A stretch of DNA of 64,000 nucleotides from Myxococcales bacterium (GCA_038320275.1 JBBQEB010000001.1:19589-83588), one strand, 5' to 3'; positions 40,802-53,851 are shown, counted from the first letter of the stretch. Notes: generated from the sequence alone by a model not told the origin. Made by a program: numbers and translations.

Positions 40802-41932
40802 TCAGGTGACCGTGGCGCCGAAGAGCCGCCCCACGCCGTAGGTGATGCCGGCCGCGAGCGCGCCCAGCGCCAGCATCCGCGCGCCCCCACGCCAGGGGCT
40901 CGTCCCGGACAGGAACCCCACCAGCATCCCCACCCCCCCCAGGACCACGCCAGCGACGCCGGCGGCGACCAGCACGGCCGCCGTGCCCGCCAGGAAGAGG
41001 AACGGGATCACCGGGACCGCCGCGCCGATCGCGAACATCACGAAGGACGACCCGGCCGCCTGCACCGGCGAGCCGAGGTCTTCGGGATCGAGCCCCAGTT
41101 CCTCGCGCACCAGGGTGTCGAGCGCGTGATCGGGGTTCTTGAAGATCTCCGTCGCGGTCTGGGTGGCCTGCTCCGGCGAGAGCCCCTTCCCCTGGAAGAT
41201 GAGGGCGAGCTCGGCCGCCTCCTCCTCCGGAGCCTCCTCCACCTCGCGCTTCTCCATGTCGATCTGCCGGGCCAAGAGGTCGCGCTGGCTCGCGACCGAG
41301 GTGTACTCGCCGACGGCCATGGACGAGGCTCCGGCCAAGAGCCCGGCAAAGCCGGTGACGAGGAGGGTGCGGGTGTCGTGCACCGCCCCCGCGACGCCGA
41401 GCACGAGCGACAGGTTCGAGACCAGCCCGTCGTTCATCCCGAAGATGGCGGCCCGCACCGCGCCGGCTCGCCCGCCGCCTCGATGCCAGCGCTCGCGCAC
41501 CGAGATGGCGCCGCGCGCGCCGTCCGGGGCGCTGCCCTTCATCACCTGCAGCCGCTCGCGATGCTCCCGCTCCTCCTCCGCCATGGCGGTGGCGGACGCT
41601 CCGCCCTGCTGCCGGTACTTCTCCGCGTCGTTGCCCTCGTTCTCCACCACCAGCGGGAGCACGGCCGCAGTGCCGAGCCGGCGCGCGAGCCAGAGGAGCG
41701 TCCGCACCCGCGAGGACGGGCGCTCCGGGGGCAGCGGCGCGCCCGCATCCTGGAGCTTGCGCGTCCAGACGTCGGCATGGCGCCGCTCCCCGGCGGCCAG
41801 GTCGCGAAAGGAACGGGCGCGCTCCGGGTCCTTCTCCACCGCGGCGAGCCCCTCGTAGAGCGCCGCGCCGTCCCACTCATCGACGAGGTTCTGCAGCCAG
41901 AGGTGGGCGCGGGGGTGCGGGGCGACGGCCAT
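40802..41932 (-). CDS. VIT1/CCC1 family transporter with N-terminal ferritin/rubrerythrin-like domain
   Basis: ExxH motifs (GERRH, EEREH), IFGMNDGLVSN, AGASSMAVGEYTSV, REELG. Confidence 0.9.
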   Translation of the reverse strand: MAVAPHPRAHLWLQNLVDEWDGAALYEGLAAVEKDPERARSFRDLAAGERRHADVWTRKLQDAGAPLPPERPSSRVRTLLWLARRLGTAAVLPLVVENEGNDAEKYRQQGGASATAMAEEEREHRERLQVMKGSAPDGARGAISVRERWHRGGGRAGAVRAAIFGMNDGLVSNLSLVLGVAGAVHDTRTLLVTGFAGLLAGASSMAVGEYTSVASQRDLLARQIDMEKREVEEAPEEEAAELALIFQGKGLSPEQATQTATEIFKNPDHALDTLVREELGLDPEDLGSPVQAAGSSFVMFAIGAAVPVIPFLFLAGTAAVLVAAGVAGVVLGGVGMLVGFLSGTSPWRGGARMLALGALAAGITYGVGRLFGATVT

Positions 41933-42037
41933 TCGCCCCACTTAACGGAGCGGAGCGCCCGCCACAGGCTGCGCCGCCACCGCTCGCCTCCCGCGGAGGC
42001 CCGCGCTATAAGAACCCCCCTTCCCGGAGCCCCAAAC

Positions 42038-43390
42038 GTGCAGATCCTCCACACCGATTCGCCCGAATTCGCCCTGCGCTGGGCCCGCCTGTGCGCGCGC
42101 GGTTCCGAGGAGGACGAGCCCGGGGTCCGCGAAGCTGCGCTCGCCATCGTGGCCGACGTCCGCGCGCGGGGCGACCTCGCCCTGGTGGAGGCTACCGCGC
42201 GCCTCGACGGTTGGGCGCCTGGTGGCGCGGCGGAGCTCGAGCTGGGCCCGGCAGAGTTCCGCGCTGCCCACGACGGGCTGCCGCGGGGGGCCCGCGCGGC
42301 GCTGAAGCTCGCCGCCGTTCGCATCCGGGCCTTCCACCTGCGCGAGCGCCAGGCCGAGGTGCCGCCCTTCCGCGACCTCACCGGCGCGGTGCTGGGCCAG
42401 GTCACGCGGCCGCTCGGACGGGTGGGCGTGTACGCGCCCGGCGGCACCGCGCGCTACCCCTCCACCATCCTCATGACGGCCATCCCCGCGCGCGTCGCCG
42501 GCGTGCGCGAGATCGTGGCCTGCTCGCCGGGCGCGCGCGGCTCGGGGCGCGTCGACGCCTGGACGCTCGCGGCCTGCCACGTGGCGGGGGTGTCGAGGCT
42601 GTTCCGCGTCGGCGGCGCCCAGGCGGTAGCGGCGCTCGCCCATGGCACCGCGACGGTCCCCGCCGTCGACAAGATCTGCGGGCCGGGCAACGCCTGGGTG
42701 GCCGCCGCCAAGCGCATCGTCTTCGGCACCGTCGACATCGACATGATCGCAGGGCCCACCGAGATCGCCATCGTGGCCGGGCCCAAGGCCGACCCGGCCG
42801 AGGCAGCGAGCGACCTCCTCGCCCAGGCCGAGCATGACGTGCGGGCCGTCGCGATCCTGCTCACGCCGTCGGCGAAGCTCGCGAGCGCGGTGCAGGCGGA
42901 GGTCGAGGTGCAGCTCGGGGATCTCCCCCGCGGCTCCATCGCCCGGCGCGCGGTGGAAGAGCGAGGCGCCATCCTCCTGACGGCGGACGTGGCCGAGGCG
43001 GTGCGCCTGGCGGACGACTTCGCCCCGGAGCACCTGTCGCTGCTCCTCCCCCACGCGGCGCGCTGGCTCTCCAAGGTGTCGCGGGCGGGGGCGATCTTCT
43101 GCGGCCCCTCCACCCCCGAGGCGGTGGGCGACTACGTGGCCGGCCCGAGCCACGTCCTCCCCACGGCCGGCACCGCCCGCTTCGCTTCTCCGCTGTCGGT
43201 GGCGACGTTCCGCCGCCGGATGAGCATCGTCGAGTTCTCGCCGCGCGGCCTCGCGCGGGTCGCGCCGGCCATCGAGGCGCTCGCGGGAGCGGAGGGGCTC
43301 GAAGGCCACGCCCGCGCCGTCCGCATCCGGGTGAAGCGCTCGGCCGTGATGGGCTCGCGCAAGCAGCGGGCGCGCGCGGGGCGGCGATGA
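42038..43390 (+). CDS. hisD: Histidinol dehydrogenase
   Basis: GVYAPGG, GGAQAVAALA, GPGNAWV, IDMIAGPTE, DLLAQAEHD, APEHL, GDYVAGPSHVLPT. Confidence 0.96.
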   Translation: MQILHTDSPEFALRWARLCARGSEEDEPGVREAALAIVADVRARGDLALVEATARLDGWAPGGAAELELGPAEFRAAHDGLPRGARAALKLAAVRIRAFHLRERQAEVPPFRDLTGAVLGQVTRPLGRVGVYAPGGTARYPSTILMTAIPARVAGVREIVACSPGARGSGRVDAWTLAACHVAGVSRLFRVGGAQAVAALAHGTATVPAVDKICGPGNAWVAAAKRIVFGTVDIDMIAGPTEIAIVAGPKADPAEAASDLLAQAEHDVRAVAILLTPSAKLASAVQAEVEVQLGDLPRGSIARRAVEERGAILLTADVAEAVRLADDFAPEHLSLLLPHAARWLSKVSRAGAIFCGPSTPEAVGDYVAGPSHVLPTAGTARFASPLSVATFRRRMSIVEFSPRGLARVAPAIEALAGAEGLEGHARAVRIRVKRSAVMGSRKQRARAGRR

Positions 43391-44472
43391 GCTGGCGGGA
43401 GCACCTGCGCGAGACCATCCCGGGGCTGACGCTCTACCGCCCATTCGACTACGGCGCGGCGCCGGCGGGGCTGGTGCGGCTCGATGCCAACGAGTCGCCC
43501 TTCGGCCCCGACCCGGAGGAGATCCTGGCGGCGCAGGACGCGCTCGGCAGGCTCGCCCTCCACCGCTACCCGGAGGTCTCGGCGCGCCCGCTGCGCGAGG
43601 CGCTGGCGGAGCGCTGGGGGGTCTCTCCCGAGACCCTCCTGCTGGGCAACGGCTCCGACGAGATCATCTCCATCCTCGTCACCGCCTTCGGTGGCGGGAG
43701 GGGCGGCGAGCCGGGCCGGGTGCTCTTTCCAACCCCCACCTTCGGCGAGTACGAGGCCATCGCGCTCGCGCACGGCGCCCTGCCGCTGCCGGTGCCGCTC
43801 GGCCCGGACTTCGCGCTGGACGAGCAGGCGCTCCTCGCGGCGATCGCACGCCATCACCCAGGGCTCGCCTTCCTCGCGTCGCCCAACAACCCCACCGGCA
43901 ACCGCTTCGACGAAGAGGTGATGCTTCGGCTCGCGGCGGCCATGGATGGAGTGCTGGTGGTGGACGAGGCGTACGCGGACTTCGGCGGCGCGACCCTCCT
44001 CTCCCGCGCCGGCTCGGCGCCTGGCCTCTTCGTCATGCGCTCGCTCTCCAAGATCGGGCTCGCGGGCCTGCGCCTGGGCGCGCTGGTGGGCCCCAGGGAC
44101 GCCATCGCCGAGCTCGACAAGGTGCGGCTCCCCTACAACGTGAACGCGCTCTCCATCGCGGTCGCGCTGGCCGCGCTCGGTCGCCCGGAGCGCCTCGGCG
44201 AGCGAATCCGGCGCGTGGCCGAGAGCCGCCAGGCCCTAGAGAGCGGACTGCGCGAGCTGCCCGGCCTCGAGCTTTTTCCCAGCGATGCCAACTTCGTGCT
44301 GGTCCGCATGCGCGGCGACGCGCGCGCCGTGTGGGAGGCGCTCCTCGCGCGAGGGGTGCTGGTGAGGCTCCTCTCGCGAGCCGGGCCGCTCGACCGGTGC
44401 CTTCGCATCACCGCCGGGACGGCGGAGGAGAACGACGCATGCCTGAGAGCCCTCCGCGAGGTGCTGGCGTGA
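43387..44472 (+). CDS. hisC: Histidinol-phosphate aminotransferase
   Basis: LDANESP, GNGSDE, SPNNPTG, VDEAY, RSLSKIGLAGLRLG. Confidence 0.95.
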   Translation: MSWREHLRETIPGLTLYRPFDYGAAPAGLVRLDANESPFGPDPEEILAAQDALGRLALHRYPEVSARPLREALAERWGVSPETLLLGNGSDEIISILVTAFGGGRGGEPGRVLFPTPTFGEYEAIALAHGALPLPVPLGPDFALDEQALLAAIARHHPGLAFLASPNNPTGNRFDEEVMLRLAAAMDGVLVVDEAYADFGGATLLSRAGSAPGLFVMRSLSKIGLAGLRLGALVGPRDAIAELDKVRLPYNVNALSIAVALAALGRPERLGERIRRVAESRQALESGLRELPGLELFPSDANFVLVRMRGDARAVWEALLARGVLVRLLSRAGPLDRCLRITAGTAEENDACLRALREVLA

Positions 44473-45089
44473 GCCCGGTCGCCCCCGACGCGGCGCCCGT
44501 GCCAGCGCCTCGGACTGGAAAGGTGGAGCGCGCCACCCGCGAGACCGACGTGAAGCTCGCGCTCCGGCTCTCGCCGGGGCCGGCCGCCATCGACACCGGC
44601 GTGCCGTTCTTCGACCACATGCTGGAGCAGCTCTCGAAGCACGGCGGCCTAGCGCTCGAGGTGAAGGTCAAGGGTGACCTGCACATCGACGCGCACCACA
44701 CGGTGGAGGACGTCGGCATCGCTCTCGGCGATGCGCTCCGCCAGGCGCTGGGGGACAAGGCAGGTCTGGCGCGCTACGGGCAGGCCACCGTGCCGCTCGA
44801 CGAGGCGCTGGCCGAGGTGGTGGTGGATCTCTCCGGCCGTCCCCACCTCACCTGGAACGCCGGTCTCCCCTCCGGGAAGAGCTTCATCGGGACCTTCGAC
44901 GTCGACCTCACGCAGGACTTCTTCCAGGCCTTCGTGAACCACGCCCGCATGTGCCTGCACGTCAACGTGCGGTATGGCCGGAACCTGCACCACGTCGTCG
45001 AGGCCATCTTCAAGGCGGCGGCGCGGGCGCTGCGTGCGGCGACGGCCGTGGAAGGCGCGGGGGTGCCGTCCACCAAGGGAACGCTGTGA
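44469..45089 (+). CDS. hisB: Imidazoleglycerol-phosphate dehydratase
   Basis: RETD, FFDHML, GDLHIDAHHTVEDVGI, NLHHVVEAIFKA, PSTKG. Confidence 0.96.
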   Translation: MSPVAPDAAPVPAPRTGKVERATRETDVKLALRLSPGPAAIDTGVPFFDHMLEQLSKHGGLALEVKVKGDLHIDAHHTVEDVGIALGDALRQALGDKAGLARYGQATVPLDEALAEVVVDLSGRPHLTWNAGLPSGKSFIGTFDVDLTQDFFQAFVNHARMCLHVNVRYGRNLHHVVEAIFKAAARALRAATAVEGAGVPSTKGTL

Positions 45090-45688
45090 CGGCGGTCGCG
45101 CTCGTCGACTACGGCGCGGGAAACCTACGCTCGGTGGAGAACGCGCTGCGCGAGGTGGGTGCCATCGTCGAGGTGACGCGCGATCCCGACGCGGTCCGCC
45201 GGGCCGGCCGGGTGGTCATCCCGGGCCAGGGCTCGATGCGCGCCTGCGCCGACGCCATGCGGGCCTCGGGGTGCGCTGGGGCGCTGGTGGAGGCCATCGG
45301 CCGCGGCGCGCGCGTGCTCGGCATCTGCGTGGGCTTGCAGATGCTCTTCGAGGACGGAGACGAGCACGGCGGCGCGCGTGGGCTCGGCCTCGTGCCCGGC
45401 CGTGTCGAGCGGCTGCCGGACGGGGTCAAGCTCCCGCACATCGGCTGGAGCCGCGTGCGCGCCACCGCGAGCTGTCCCCCGCTCTTCCGCCCGCTCGACG
45501 GAGAGTACGTCTACTTCGCGCACTCGTACGCCGCGCCGGCGGATGCTCGCGGGGCGGCGCTCCTGTGCGAGCACGGCCGGCCCTACCTCGCCGCGCTGGC
45601 GGACGGCGGCGTCCTCGGCGTGCAGTTCCATCCCGAGAAGAGCCAGCGGGTGGGGCTCGCCATGCTGGAGAGGTTCGTCTCCGCGTGA
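45086..45688 (+). CDS. hisH: Imidazole glycerol phosphate synthase subunit HisH
   Basis: DYGAGNLRSV, GICVGLQ, PHIGW, YFAHSY, QFHPEKS. Confidence 0.96.
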   Translation: MTAVALVDYGAGNLRSVENALREVGAIVEVTRDPDAVRRAGRVVIPGQGSMRACADAMRASGCAGALVEAIGRGARVLGICVGLQMLFEDGDEHGGARGLGLVPGRVERLPDGVKLPHIGWSRVRATASCPPLFRPLDGEYVYFAHSYAAPADARGAALLCEHGRPYLAALADGGVLGVQFHPEKSQRVGLAMLERFVSA

Positions 45689-46404
45689 CGCTCGTCATCC
45701 CCGCCATCGACCTCATGGATGGGCAGGTGGTGCGGCTCGCCGCCGGCGACTTCGCCGCGCGCACCGTGTACGCCGCCGCTCCGGCCGAGGTGGCGAGGCG
45801 CTTTCGCGACGCCGGAGCCCAGCGGATCCACGTGGTGGACCTCGACGGAGCCCGCGCCGGGCGGCCGGTGAACACCGCCGCGGTCGAGGCTATCGCCGCC
45901 ACGGGGGCCGAGTTCGAGGTGGGAGGGGGGCTGCGCACGCTGGAGGACGTGGAGCGGGTGCTCGCGCTCGGCGCTCGCTTCGCGGTGCTCGGCACCGCCG
46001 CCGTCCAGCGGCTCGACCTGGTGCGTGACGCCTGTGCGCGCTTCCCGGGGCGCATCGTCTGCGGCATCGACGCCCGGGGCGGCGAGGTGAAGGTGGCCGG
46101 GTGGGAGCGCGGCACCGGGCTCGCGGCGGCTGAGGTCGCCCGGCAGGTGCGCGAGGCGGGGGTCCGCCTGGTCGAGTACACCGACGTCGCGCGGGATGGC
46201 ATGTTCACCGGGGTGGACGCCTCCGGCGCGGCGGCGCTCGCCCGCGAGGCGGGGGTGGAGGTGGTGGCCTCCGGCGGCGTGGCGTCGCTGGAGGACGTGC
46301 GCGCCTGCGCGGCGGCGGGCCTGGCGGGCGTCATCGTGGGCAAGGCGCTGTACGAGGGGCGCATCGACCTCGCCGAGGCGCTGCGCGCCGCGGGCGAAGG
46401 GTAG
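45685..46404 (+). CDS. hisA: ProFAR isomerase HisA
   Basis: [40 protein letters not shown]. Confidence 0.96.
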   Translation: MTLVIPAIDLMDGQVVRLAAGDFAARTVYAAAPAEVARRFRDAGAQRIHVVDLDGARAGRPVNTAAVEAIAATGAEFEVGGGLRTLEDVERVLALGARFAVLGTAAVQRLDLVRDACARFPGRIVCGIDARGGEVKVAGWERGTGLAAAEVARQVREAGVRLVEYTDVARDGMFTGVDASGAAALAREAGVEVVASGGVASLEDVRACAAAGLAGVIVGKALYEGRIDLAEALRAAGEG

Positions 46405-46414
46405 GGGACCCAAG

Positions 46415-47176
46415 GTGCCCGCGAAGCGCATCATCCCCTGTCTCGACGTGAAGGACGGCCGCGTGGTGAAGGGCGTCCGCTTCCTCGAGCTGCGCGACGC
46501 GGGCGATCCGGTGGAGGCGGCCGCCCGCTACGACGCCCAGGGCGCCGACGAGCTCACCTACCTCGACATCGCCGCCACCCGCGAGAACCGCGGCACGCTG
46601 CTCGCTCTCGTCGAGCGCACGGCCGCGCGCGTCTTCGCGCCGCTCACCGTCGGCGGAGGGGTGCGCAGCGAGGCGGAGATGGTGGCGCTCCTCCGGGCGG
46701 GGGCCGACAAGGTGAGCGTGAACTCGGCGGCGGTGGCCGACCCTGAGCTGGTGGGCAGGCTCTCCGCGGTCGCGGGCGCGCAGGCCCTGGTGGTGGCGGT
46801 GGACGTGAAGCGGCGCCCCGGAGCTGGGGCTCCGCAATGGGAGGTCTTCGTGGCGGGAGGCTCTCGCCCCACCGGCCGCGAAGGGGTGGCGTGGTGTGCC
46901 GAGGCGGCGCACCGGGGGGCGGGGGAGCTGCTCCTCACCAGCATGGACCGCGACGGCACGCGGGCGGGCTACGACCTCGAGCTGCTCCGGCGCGTGTGCG
47001 GCGCGGTGAACGTGCCGGTGATCGCCTCGGGTGGGGTGGGGACGCTGGAGCACCTCGCCGAGGGGCTGCGGATCGCGGACGCCGCGCTCGCTGCGAGCAT
47101 CTTCCACGACGGTCAGCACACCGTGGGCGACGCCAAACGTTTCTTGCGCGACCGCGGCATCGAGGTGCGGCCGTGA
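46415..47176 (+). CDS. hisF: Imidazole glycerol phosphate synthase subunit HisF
   Basis: [46 protein letters not shown]. Confidence 0.97.
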   Translation: MPAKRIIPCLDVKDGRVVKGVRFLELRDAGDPVEAAARYDAQGADELTYLDIAATRENRGTLLALVERTAARVFAPLTVGGGVRSEAEMVALLRAGADKVSVNSAAVADPELVGRLSAVAGAQALVVAVDVKRRPGAGAPQWEVFVAGGSRPTGREGVAWCAEAAHRGAGELLLTSMDRDGTRAGYDLELLRRVCGAVNVPVIASGGVGTLEHLAEGLRIADAALAASIFHDGQHTVGDAKRFLRDRGIEVRP

Positions 47177-47490
47177 TCTTCGACCCCGCCGAGCTCGACC
47201 GGGTGAAGTTCGACGAGCGGGGGCTCGTGCCGGTCATCGCGCAGGAGGAGGACGGCACCGTGCTCATGCTGGCCTGGGCCGACCGCGAGGCTCTCCTCGC
47301 CACAGCAAGGGAGGGGCGGGCCACCTACTGGTCTCGCAGCCGCAAGGCCCTCTGGCGGAAGGGAGACACCAGCGGTCACGTGCAGGAGGCGTTGCGCATC
47401 CGGGTGGACTGCGACGGCGACGCAGTGCTCTATACCGTTCGCCAGACCGGCCCTGCCTGCCACGAGGGCCGGCGGAGCTGCTTCCGGTAG
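47173..47490 (+). CDS. hisI: Phosphoribosyl-AMP cyclohydrolase
   Basis: [38 protein letters not shown]. Confidence 0.95.
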   Translation: MIFDPAELDRVKFDERGLVPVIAQEEDGTVLMLAWADREALLATAREGRATYWSRSRKALWRKGDTSGHVQEALRIRVDCDGDAVLYTVRQTGPACHEGRRSCFR

Positions 47491-47501
47491 GAGGATCCAC
47501 C

Positions 47502-47852
47502 ATGGCAGACGAGCGCTTCCTGGCCCAGCTCTGGGCCGTCATCGAGTCGCGGCGGGCCGACGCGTCGGCCGACGACAGCTACACGCGCAAGCTCCTCGCC
47601 GATCCCTCCAAGCTCCGGAAGAAGATCGCGGAGGAGGGCTACGAGGTGAACGAGGCGCATCAGGCGCTCCTCGCCGGCCGGGACTCGAAGGACCACCTCG
47701 CCCACGAGGCCGCCGATCTGCTCTACCACCTGTTCGTGCTGCTCGCGTCGGCCGACGTGACGCCGTCCATGGTGTACGCGGTGCTGGAGCGGCGCCACGC
47801 GCCCCCCCCGGCGAGCGCTGCGTCCGAGCGCCCGGCGCCCAAAACCCCTTGA
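47502..47852 (+). CDS. hisE: Phosphoribosyl-ATP diphosphatase
   Basis: SYTRKL, KKIAEE, EAADLLYH; GGAGG RBS. Confidence 0.93.
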   Translation: MADERFLAQLWAVIESRRADASADDSYTRKLLADPSKLRKKIAEEGYEVNEAHQALLAGRDSKDHLAHEAADLLYHLFVLLASADVTPSMVYAVLERRHAPPPASAASERPAPKTP

Positions 47853-47877
47853 CTCTGCCTCGTTTTAGGCCTAAACG
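47849..47877 (+). promoter_or_regulatory. Sigma-70-like promoter of rpsU-yqeY-dnaG-rpoD
   Basis: TTGACT-N17-TAAACG. Confidence 0.5.
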
Positions 47878-47948
47878 GCACGTTCCGTTCGGTGGGCCGG
47901 CTCCGGCTCGCCCCCTCTTTCGCGAACGTCCCACGGAATCGAGTGTCC

Positions 47949-48143
47949 ATGACCGGTGTGCGAGTGAAGGATGGCGAGTCGTTCGAGAACGCCATGAAGC
48001 GCTTCAAGAAGCAGTGTGAGAAGGCGGGGATCCTGTCCGAGATCCGCAAGCGCGAGCATTACGAGAAGCCCAGCGTGAAGCGGAAGAAGAAGGCCCTGGC
48101 GGCGAAGAAGCGCGCCCTCAAGAAGGCCCGCAAGACCTACTAG
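47949..48143 (+). CDS. rpsU: 30S ribosomal protein S21
   Basis: [33 protein letters not shown]. Confidence 0.97.
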   Translation: MTGVRVKDGESFENAMKRFKKQCEKAGILSEIRKREHYEKPSVKRKKKALAAKKRALKKARKTY

Positions 48144-48160
48144 CCGCTCGAGAGCCGATC

Positions 48161-48610
48161 GTGCCCATCAAGGAAGCGCTGGACGCGGACCTCAAGACCG
48201 CGATGCGGGACAAGGACGCCCTCCGGCTGTCCGTGATCCGCATGCTCAAGAGCGCGGTCAAGTACCGCGAGATCGAGCTCATGAAGGGGCTCGACGACGC
48301 CGGCGTGCTGGCCGTGATCGGCTCCGAGGTGAAGCGCCGCCGCGACTCGGTGGAGCAGTATCGCGGGGGCGGCCGCGAGGACCTCGCCTCCAAGGAGGAG
48401 GCTGAGATCGCCCTCCTCCAGACCTACCTGCCGGTCCAGCTCTCCCCCGACGAGCTGGCGGGGCTCGTCGACGCGGCCATCGCCCGCGCGGGCGCCCAGG
48501 GTCCCAAGGACATGGGCAAGGTCATGAAGGAGCTGCTTCCCGAGGTCCAGGGCAAGGCCGAGGGGAAGACGGTCAGCGAGCTCGTCAAGGCGAAGCTCGC
48601 GCCGAAGTAA
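48161..48610 (+). CDS. GatB/YqeY domain protein
   Basis: DLKTAMR, RRRDSVEQY, YLPVQLS, KDMGKVM. Confidence 0.93.
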   Translation: MPIKEALDADLKTAMRDKDALRLSVIRMLKSAVKYREIELMKGLDDAGVLAVIGSEVKRRRDSVEQYRGGGREDLASKEEAEIALLQTYLPVQLSPDELAGLVDAAIARAGAQGPKDMGKVMKELLPEVQGKAEGKTVSELVKAKLAPK

Positions 48611-48631
48611 CAGGACGGCGGGGGAGGCCCC

Positions 48632-50509
48632 CTGATCCCGGAGGCGGTCATCGACGAGGTCCGCGGGCGCGTGGACATCGTGGAGGTCATCGGTCGCCAC
48701 GTGGAGCTGAAGCGCTCGGGGCGCACCTGGAAGGGCTGCTGCGTCTTCCACGGCGAGCGGACCCCCAGCTTCCACGTCTACCCCGAGGACCGGCACTTCA
48801 AGTGCTACGGCTGCGGCGAGTACGGCGACGTGTTCAAGTTCCTGCAGAAGCTGCAGGGCAAGGAGTTTCCCGAGGTCGTGCGAGCGCTGGCGAGCGAGGT
48901 CGGGGTCGAGATCCCGGAGCGGGAGGAGGACTCGGCCGAGCACCGCTGGAAACGTCAGGAGCGGGCCGAGGTGGTCGGCGCCTGCGACGCGGCCGCCCGC
49001 TACTTCGCGGCGCGGCTCTGGAGCGGCTACGGCGAGCCTGGCCGCGCTTACCTGGAGGGCCGCGGCATCGCGGAGGAGACCGCGAAGCGCTTCCGGCTCG
49101 GCCTCGCCTCCACCCAGGGCGACGACCTGGCGCGGCGGCTCCTGCCCAAGGGCGTGGCGGAGGCGGCGCTGGAGAAGGCAGGGCTCGTCGCGCGGCGTTC
49201 CGGGGGAGAGCGCTATGACCGCTTCCGCGCGCGGCTCATGTTTCCCATCTCCGGCCTCGATGGCGAGGTGATCGGCTTCGGCGGCCGCACCATGCCGGGC
49301 GCGCCGGACAAGCTCGCGAAGTACATCAACTCACCCTCTTCGACCGTATACGAGAAGAGCAAGGTGCTGTACGGCATCGACCTCGCGCGCGAGGCGATCC
49401 GCAAGACGCGCTCGGCGGTGCTGGTGGAGGGGTACTTCGACGTGATCGGGCTGCATCAGGCGGGGCTGCGAAACGCGGTGGCGGTCTGCGGGACCGCGCT
49501 CACCGCCGATCACGTGGAGCTTCTGAAGCGCTGCGATTGCCGCGAGGTGACGGTGCTGTTCGACGGGGATCCGGCCGGGCTGGCGGCGCCCTCCCGGGCG
49601 GCGGCGGCCATCCTTCCGGCAGGCCTCACCGGGAGGGTCGCCATCCTGCCCGCTGCGGGCGGGAAGCTCGACCCCGACGAGTTCGCCCGGGCAGAAGGGC
49701 TCCCGGCGGTCGAGGCGCTCCTCTCCGCGGCGCCGCCCCTCACCGAGTTCCTCATCCAGCGCGCCGTGCGCGAGCACTGCGGCCCCGCGCCGGCGCAGGC
49801 GTCCATGGAGGGCAAGGTGCTCGCCTTCCGGGAGCTCCGTCCCTTCGTGGCCATGACGCCCTCCGGGCTCGCCCGCACGCTCTTCGAGGAGCGGATCGCG
49901 CGTGAGCTCGACGTGAGCCCGGGCGCGCTCGCCGCCGAGGTGGAGCGCTCCTCGGCGGGGGCCGGACGCCGGGCCGGCAAGGCCGCCGTCGCGACCCGCA
50001 CCGCCCCCTCGGCGACGCGTGCTCCGGCGCGGTCCGCTCCCGCCTCGCGGAAGCCGCGGCCCGCGCACAGGCTCTGGGGCCCGGCCGTGGACGCGCTGGG
50101 CATCCTGGCCTCCTTCCCCCGCCTGGCGCAGGCCGCGAGGGAGGAGCAGATCTTCGCTCTGTTTCCGGAGGGGCCGCTGACGGAGCTCCTTCGCGATCTC
50201 GTGGCCGGGGCGATCGGCACGGATGCTCTCCCGGCCCGGCTCGCGGCCGAGCTCGGCCCTGGCGAGGCGCAGCACGTCCACGATCTCATCGGCCCCGCGC
50301 GCCCGCCGGAGGCGATGGCGGAGCGGGCGCTGCGCACGGCCATCGTGCGCGCCCGCGCGGCGCGCACCGAGGACGAGCTGGACGGCTTGCAGACTGCGCT
50401 CACGCGCGCGGGCACGCCGGCGCCGGCCGAGCTCGCCGAAGCACAGCTCGCGACATGGAGAAGGCTGCAGGATCTCAAGAAGCGCCTGGAGGCGCTGGAG
50501 CGCGGATGA
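48632..50509 (+). CDS. dnaG: DNA primase (probable CTG start at 48632; first canonical start GTG 48671)
   Basis: CHC2 finger [49 protein letters not shown] / FDGD, DPDE. Confidence 0.95.
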   Translation: MIPEAVIDEVRGRVDIVEVIGRHVELKRSGRTWKGCCVFHGERTPSFHVYPEDRHFKCYGCGEYGDVFKFLQKLQGKEFPEVVRALASEVGVEIPEREEDSAEHRWKRQERAEVVGACDAAARYFAARLWSGYGEPGRAYLEGRGIAEETAKRFRLGLASTQGDDLARRLLPKGVAEAALEKAGLVARRSGGERYDRFRARLMFPISGLDGEVIGFGGRTMPGAPDKLAKYINSPSSTVYEKSKVLYGIDLAREAIRKTRSAVLVEGYFDVIGLHQAGLRNAVAVCGTALTADHVELLKRCDCREVTVLFDGDPAGLAAPSRAAAAILPAGLTGRVAILPAAGGKLDPDEFARAEGLPAVEALLSAAPPLTEFLIQRAVREHCGPAPAQASMEGKVLAFRELRPFVAMTPSGLARTLFEERIARELDVSPGALAAEVERSSAGAGRRAGKAAVATRTAPSATRAPARSAPASRKPRPAHRLWGPAVDALGILASFPRLAQAAREEQIFALFPEGPLTELLRDLVAGAIGTDALPARLAAELGPGEAQHVHDLIGPARPPEAMAERALRTAIVRARAARTEDELDGLQTALTRAGTPAPAELAEAQLATWRRLQDLKKRLEALERG

Positions 50510-50610
50510 AAGGCTCGCTGCGGAGGATTCTGGAAAAGTTCAGCGGGCTCGCTCGCCCGCAGCCGATTAGGTCACCGGACCGACCTTCGGATTCCGAGGA
50601 GCGCGAGCAC

Positions 50611-52968
<2,358 letters not shown>

Positions 52969-52991
52969 GAAGGACGACAGCCCAGGCGAGT

Positions 52992-53063
52992 GGGCCCATC
53001 GCTTAACGGCAAAGCAGTCGGCTCATAACCGATTTGATCCAGGTTCGAATCCTGGTGGGCCCA
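52992..53063 (+). tRNA. tRNA with CAT anticodon, probably tRNA-Ile2 (lysidine) rather than Met; CCA not encoded
   Basis: Cloverleaf GGGCCCA/TGGGCCC, D-arm GCTT/AAGC, anticodon loop CTCATAA, T-arm CCAGG-TTCGAAT-CCTGG; immediately after rpoD, the position of E. coli ileX. Confidence 0.88.
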
Positions 53064-53112
53064 AGAAGCTGAGGGGGACGAGCCGGCGCGAGCGCGCCAT
53101 GGAGGAGCACCT

Positions 53113-53850
53113 TTGTCGTTGCGTGAGAAGCTGAAGGCTTTGGAAGAGCTGCAGGCGATCGACCTCGAGGTGGGGGGCGTTCAGGGCGAGGCGGCGGCGC
53201 TGCCGGCGCGGCGGGCCGACATCCAGGCGGGCGTCGCGACCGCCAAGAAGGCCTACGAGGCGGAGAAAGCCCGGGTCGACGACAACGAGCGGGAGCGCCG
53301 CCAGATCGAGTCGCTGCTCGGCATGGAGCGCGACAAGGTCAAGAAGTGGGAGGGCAGACTGGGCGAGATCAAGACGCCCCGCGAGTACGCCGCCATGTCG
53401 CGCGAGATCGACATCGCGCGGAAGACGAACGATTCGCAGTCGGAAGGGCTGAAGAACCTCCTCGCCGCTGCCAACGAGCTGGCGAAGAGCGTGGAGACCG
53501 CTGCGGACGCGCTCTCCGAGCGCGAGATGGGCGCGAAGGACGAGCTGGCGGCGGTCACCAAGCGGGAGGCCGAATACACGAAGCGGCTGAAGAGCCTCGC
53601 CAACAGGCGCAACGAGGCGGCGAAGCTCGTGGACCCCGCGCTGCTGTCTCGATACGAGAACATCAAGCGCCGCCGGGCCGGAATCGCCGTGACCCCGGTG
53701 GTGGGCAACACCTGCCGCGGTTGCAATCGCAACATTCCTCCGCAGCTCAGCATCGTCCTGCAGCGGGCAGATTCGGTCGAGACCTGCCCCAACTGCAATC
53801 GCATCATCTACTCCGCGGAGGCGGTGAACCCGCCGGCCGCGACGGCCTGA
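53113..53850 (+). CDS. Coiled-coil protein with C-terminal C4 zinc ribbon (DUF164/CT398-like)
   Basis: LEELQAID, long coiled coil, CRGC...CPNCNRII; TTG start with GGAGG RBS. Confidence 0.9.
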   Translation: MSLREKLKALEELQAIDLEVGGVQGEAAALPARRADIQAGVATAKKAYEAEKARVDDNERERRQIESLLGMERDKVKKWEGRLGEIKTPREYAAMSREIDIARKTNDSQSEGLKNLLAAANELAKSVETAADALSEREMGAKDELAAVTKREAEYTKRLKSLANRRNEAAKLVDPALLSRYENIKRRRAGIAVTPVVGNTCRGCNRNIPPQLSIVLQRADSVETCPNCNRIIYSAEAVNPPAATA

Positions 53851-53851
53851 C

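Noticed and set aside
39941..42037. Apparent 700-aa N-terminal extension of HisD (1149-aa ORF)
   Set aside because: The extension is the antisense of the VIT1 and T3SS genes; HisD similarity starts at GTG 42038
52992..53112. tRNA as an integration site for a genomic island
   Set aside because: No integrase, no repeated tRNA 3' end noticed, and downstream genes are ordinary conserved neighbours
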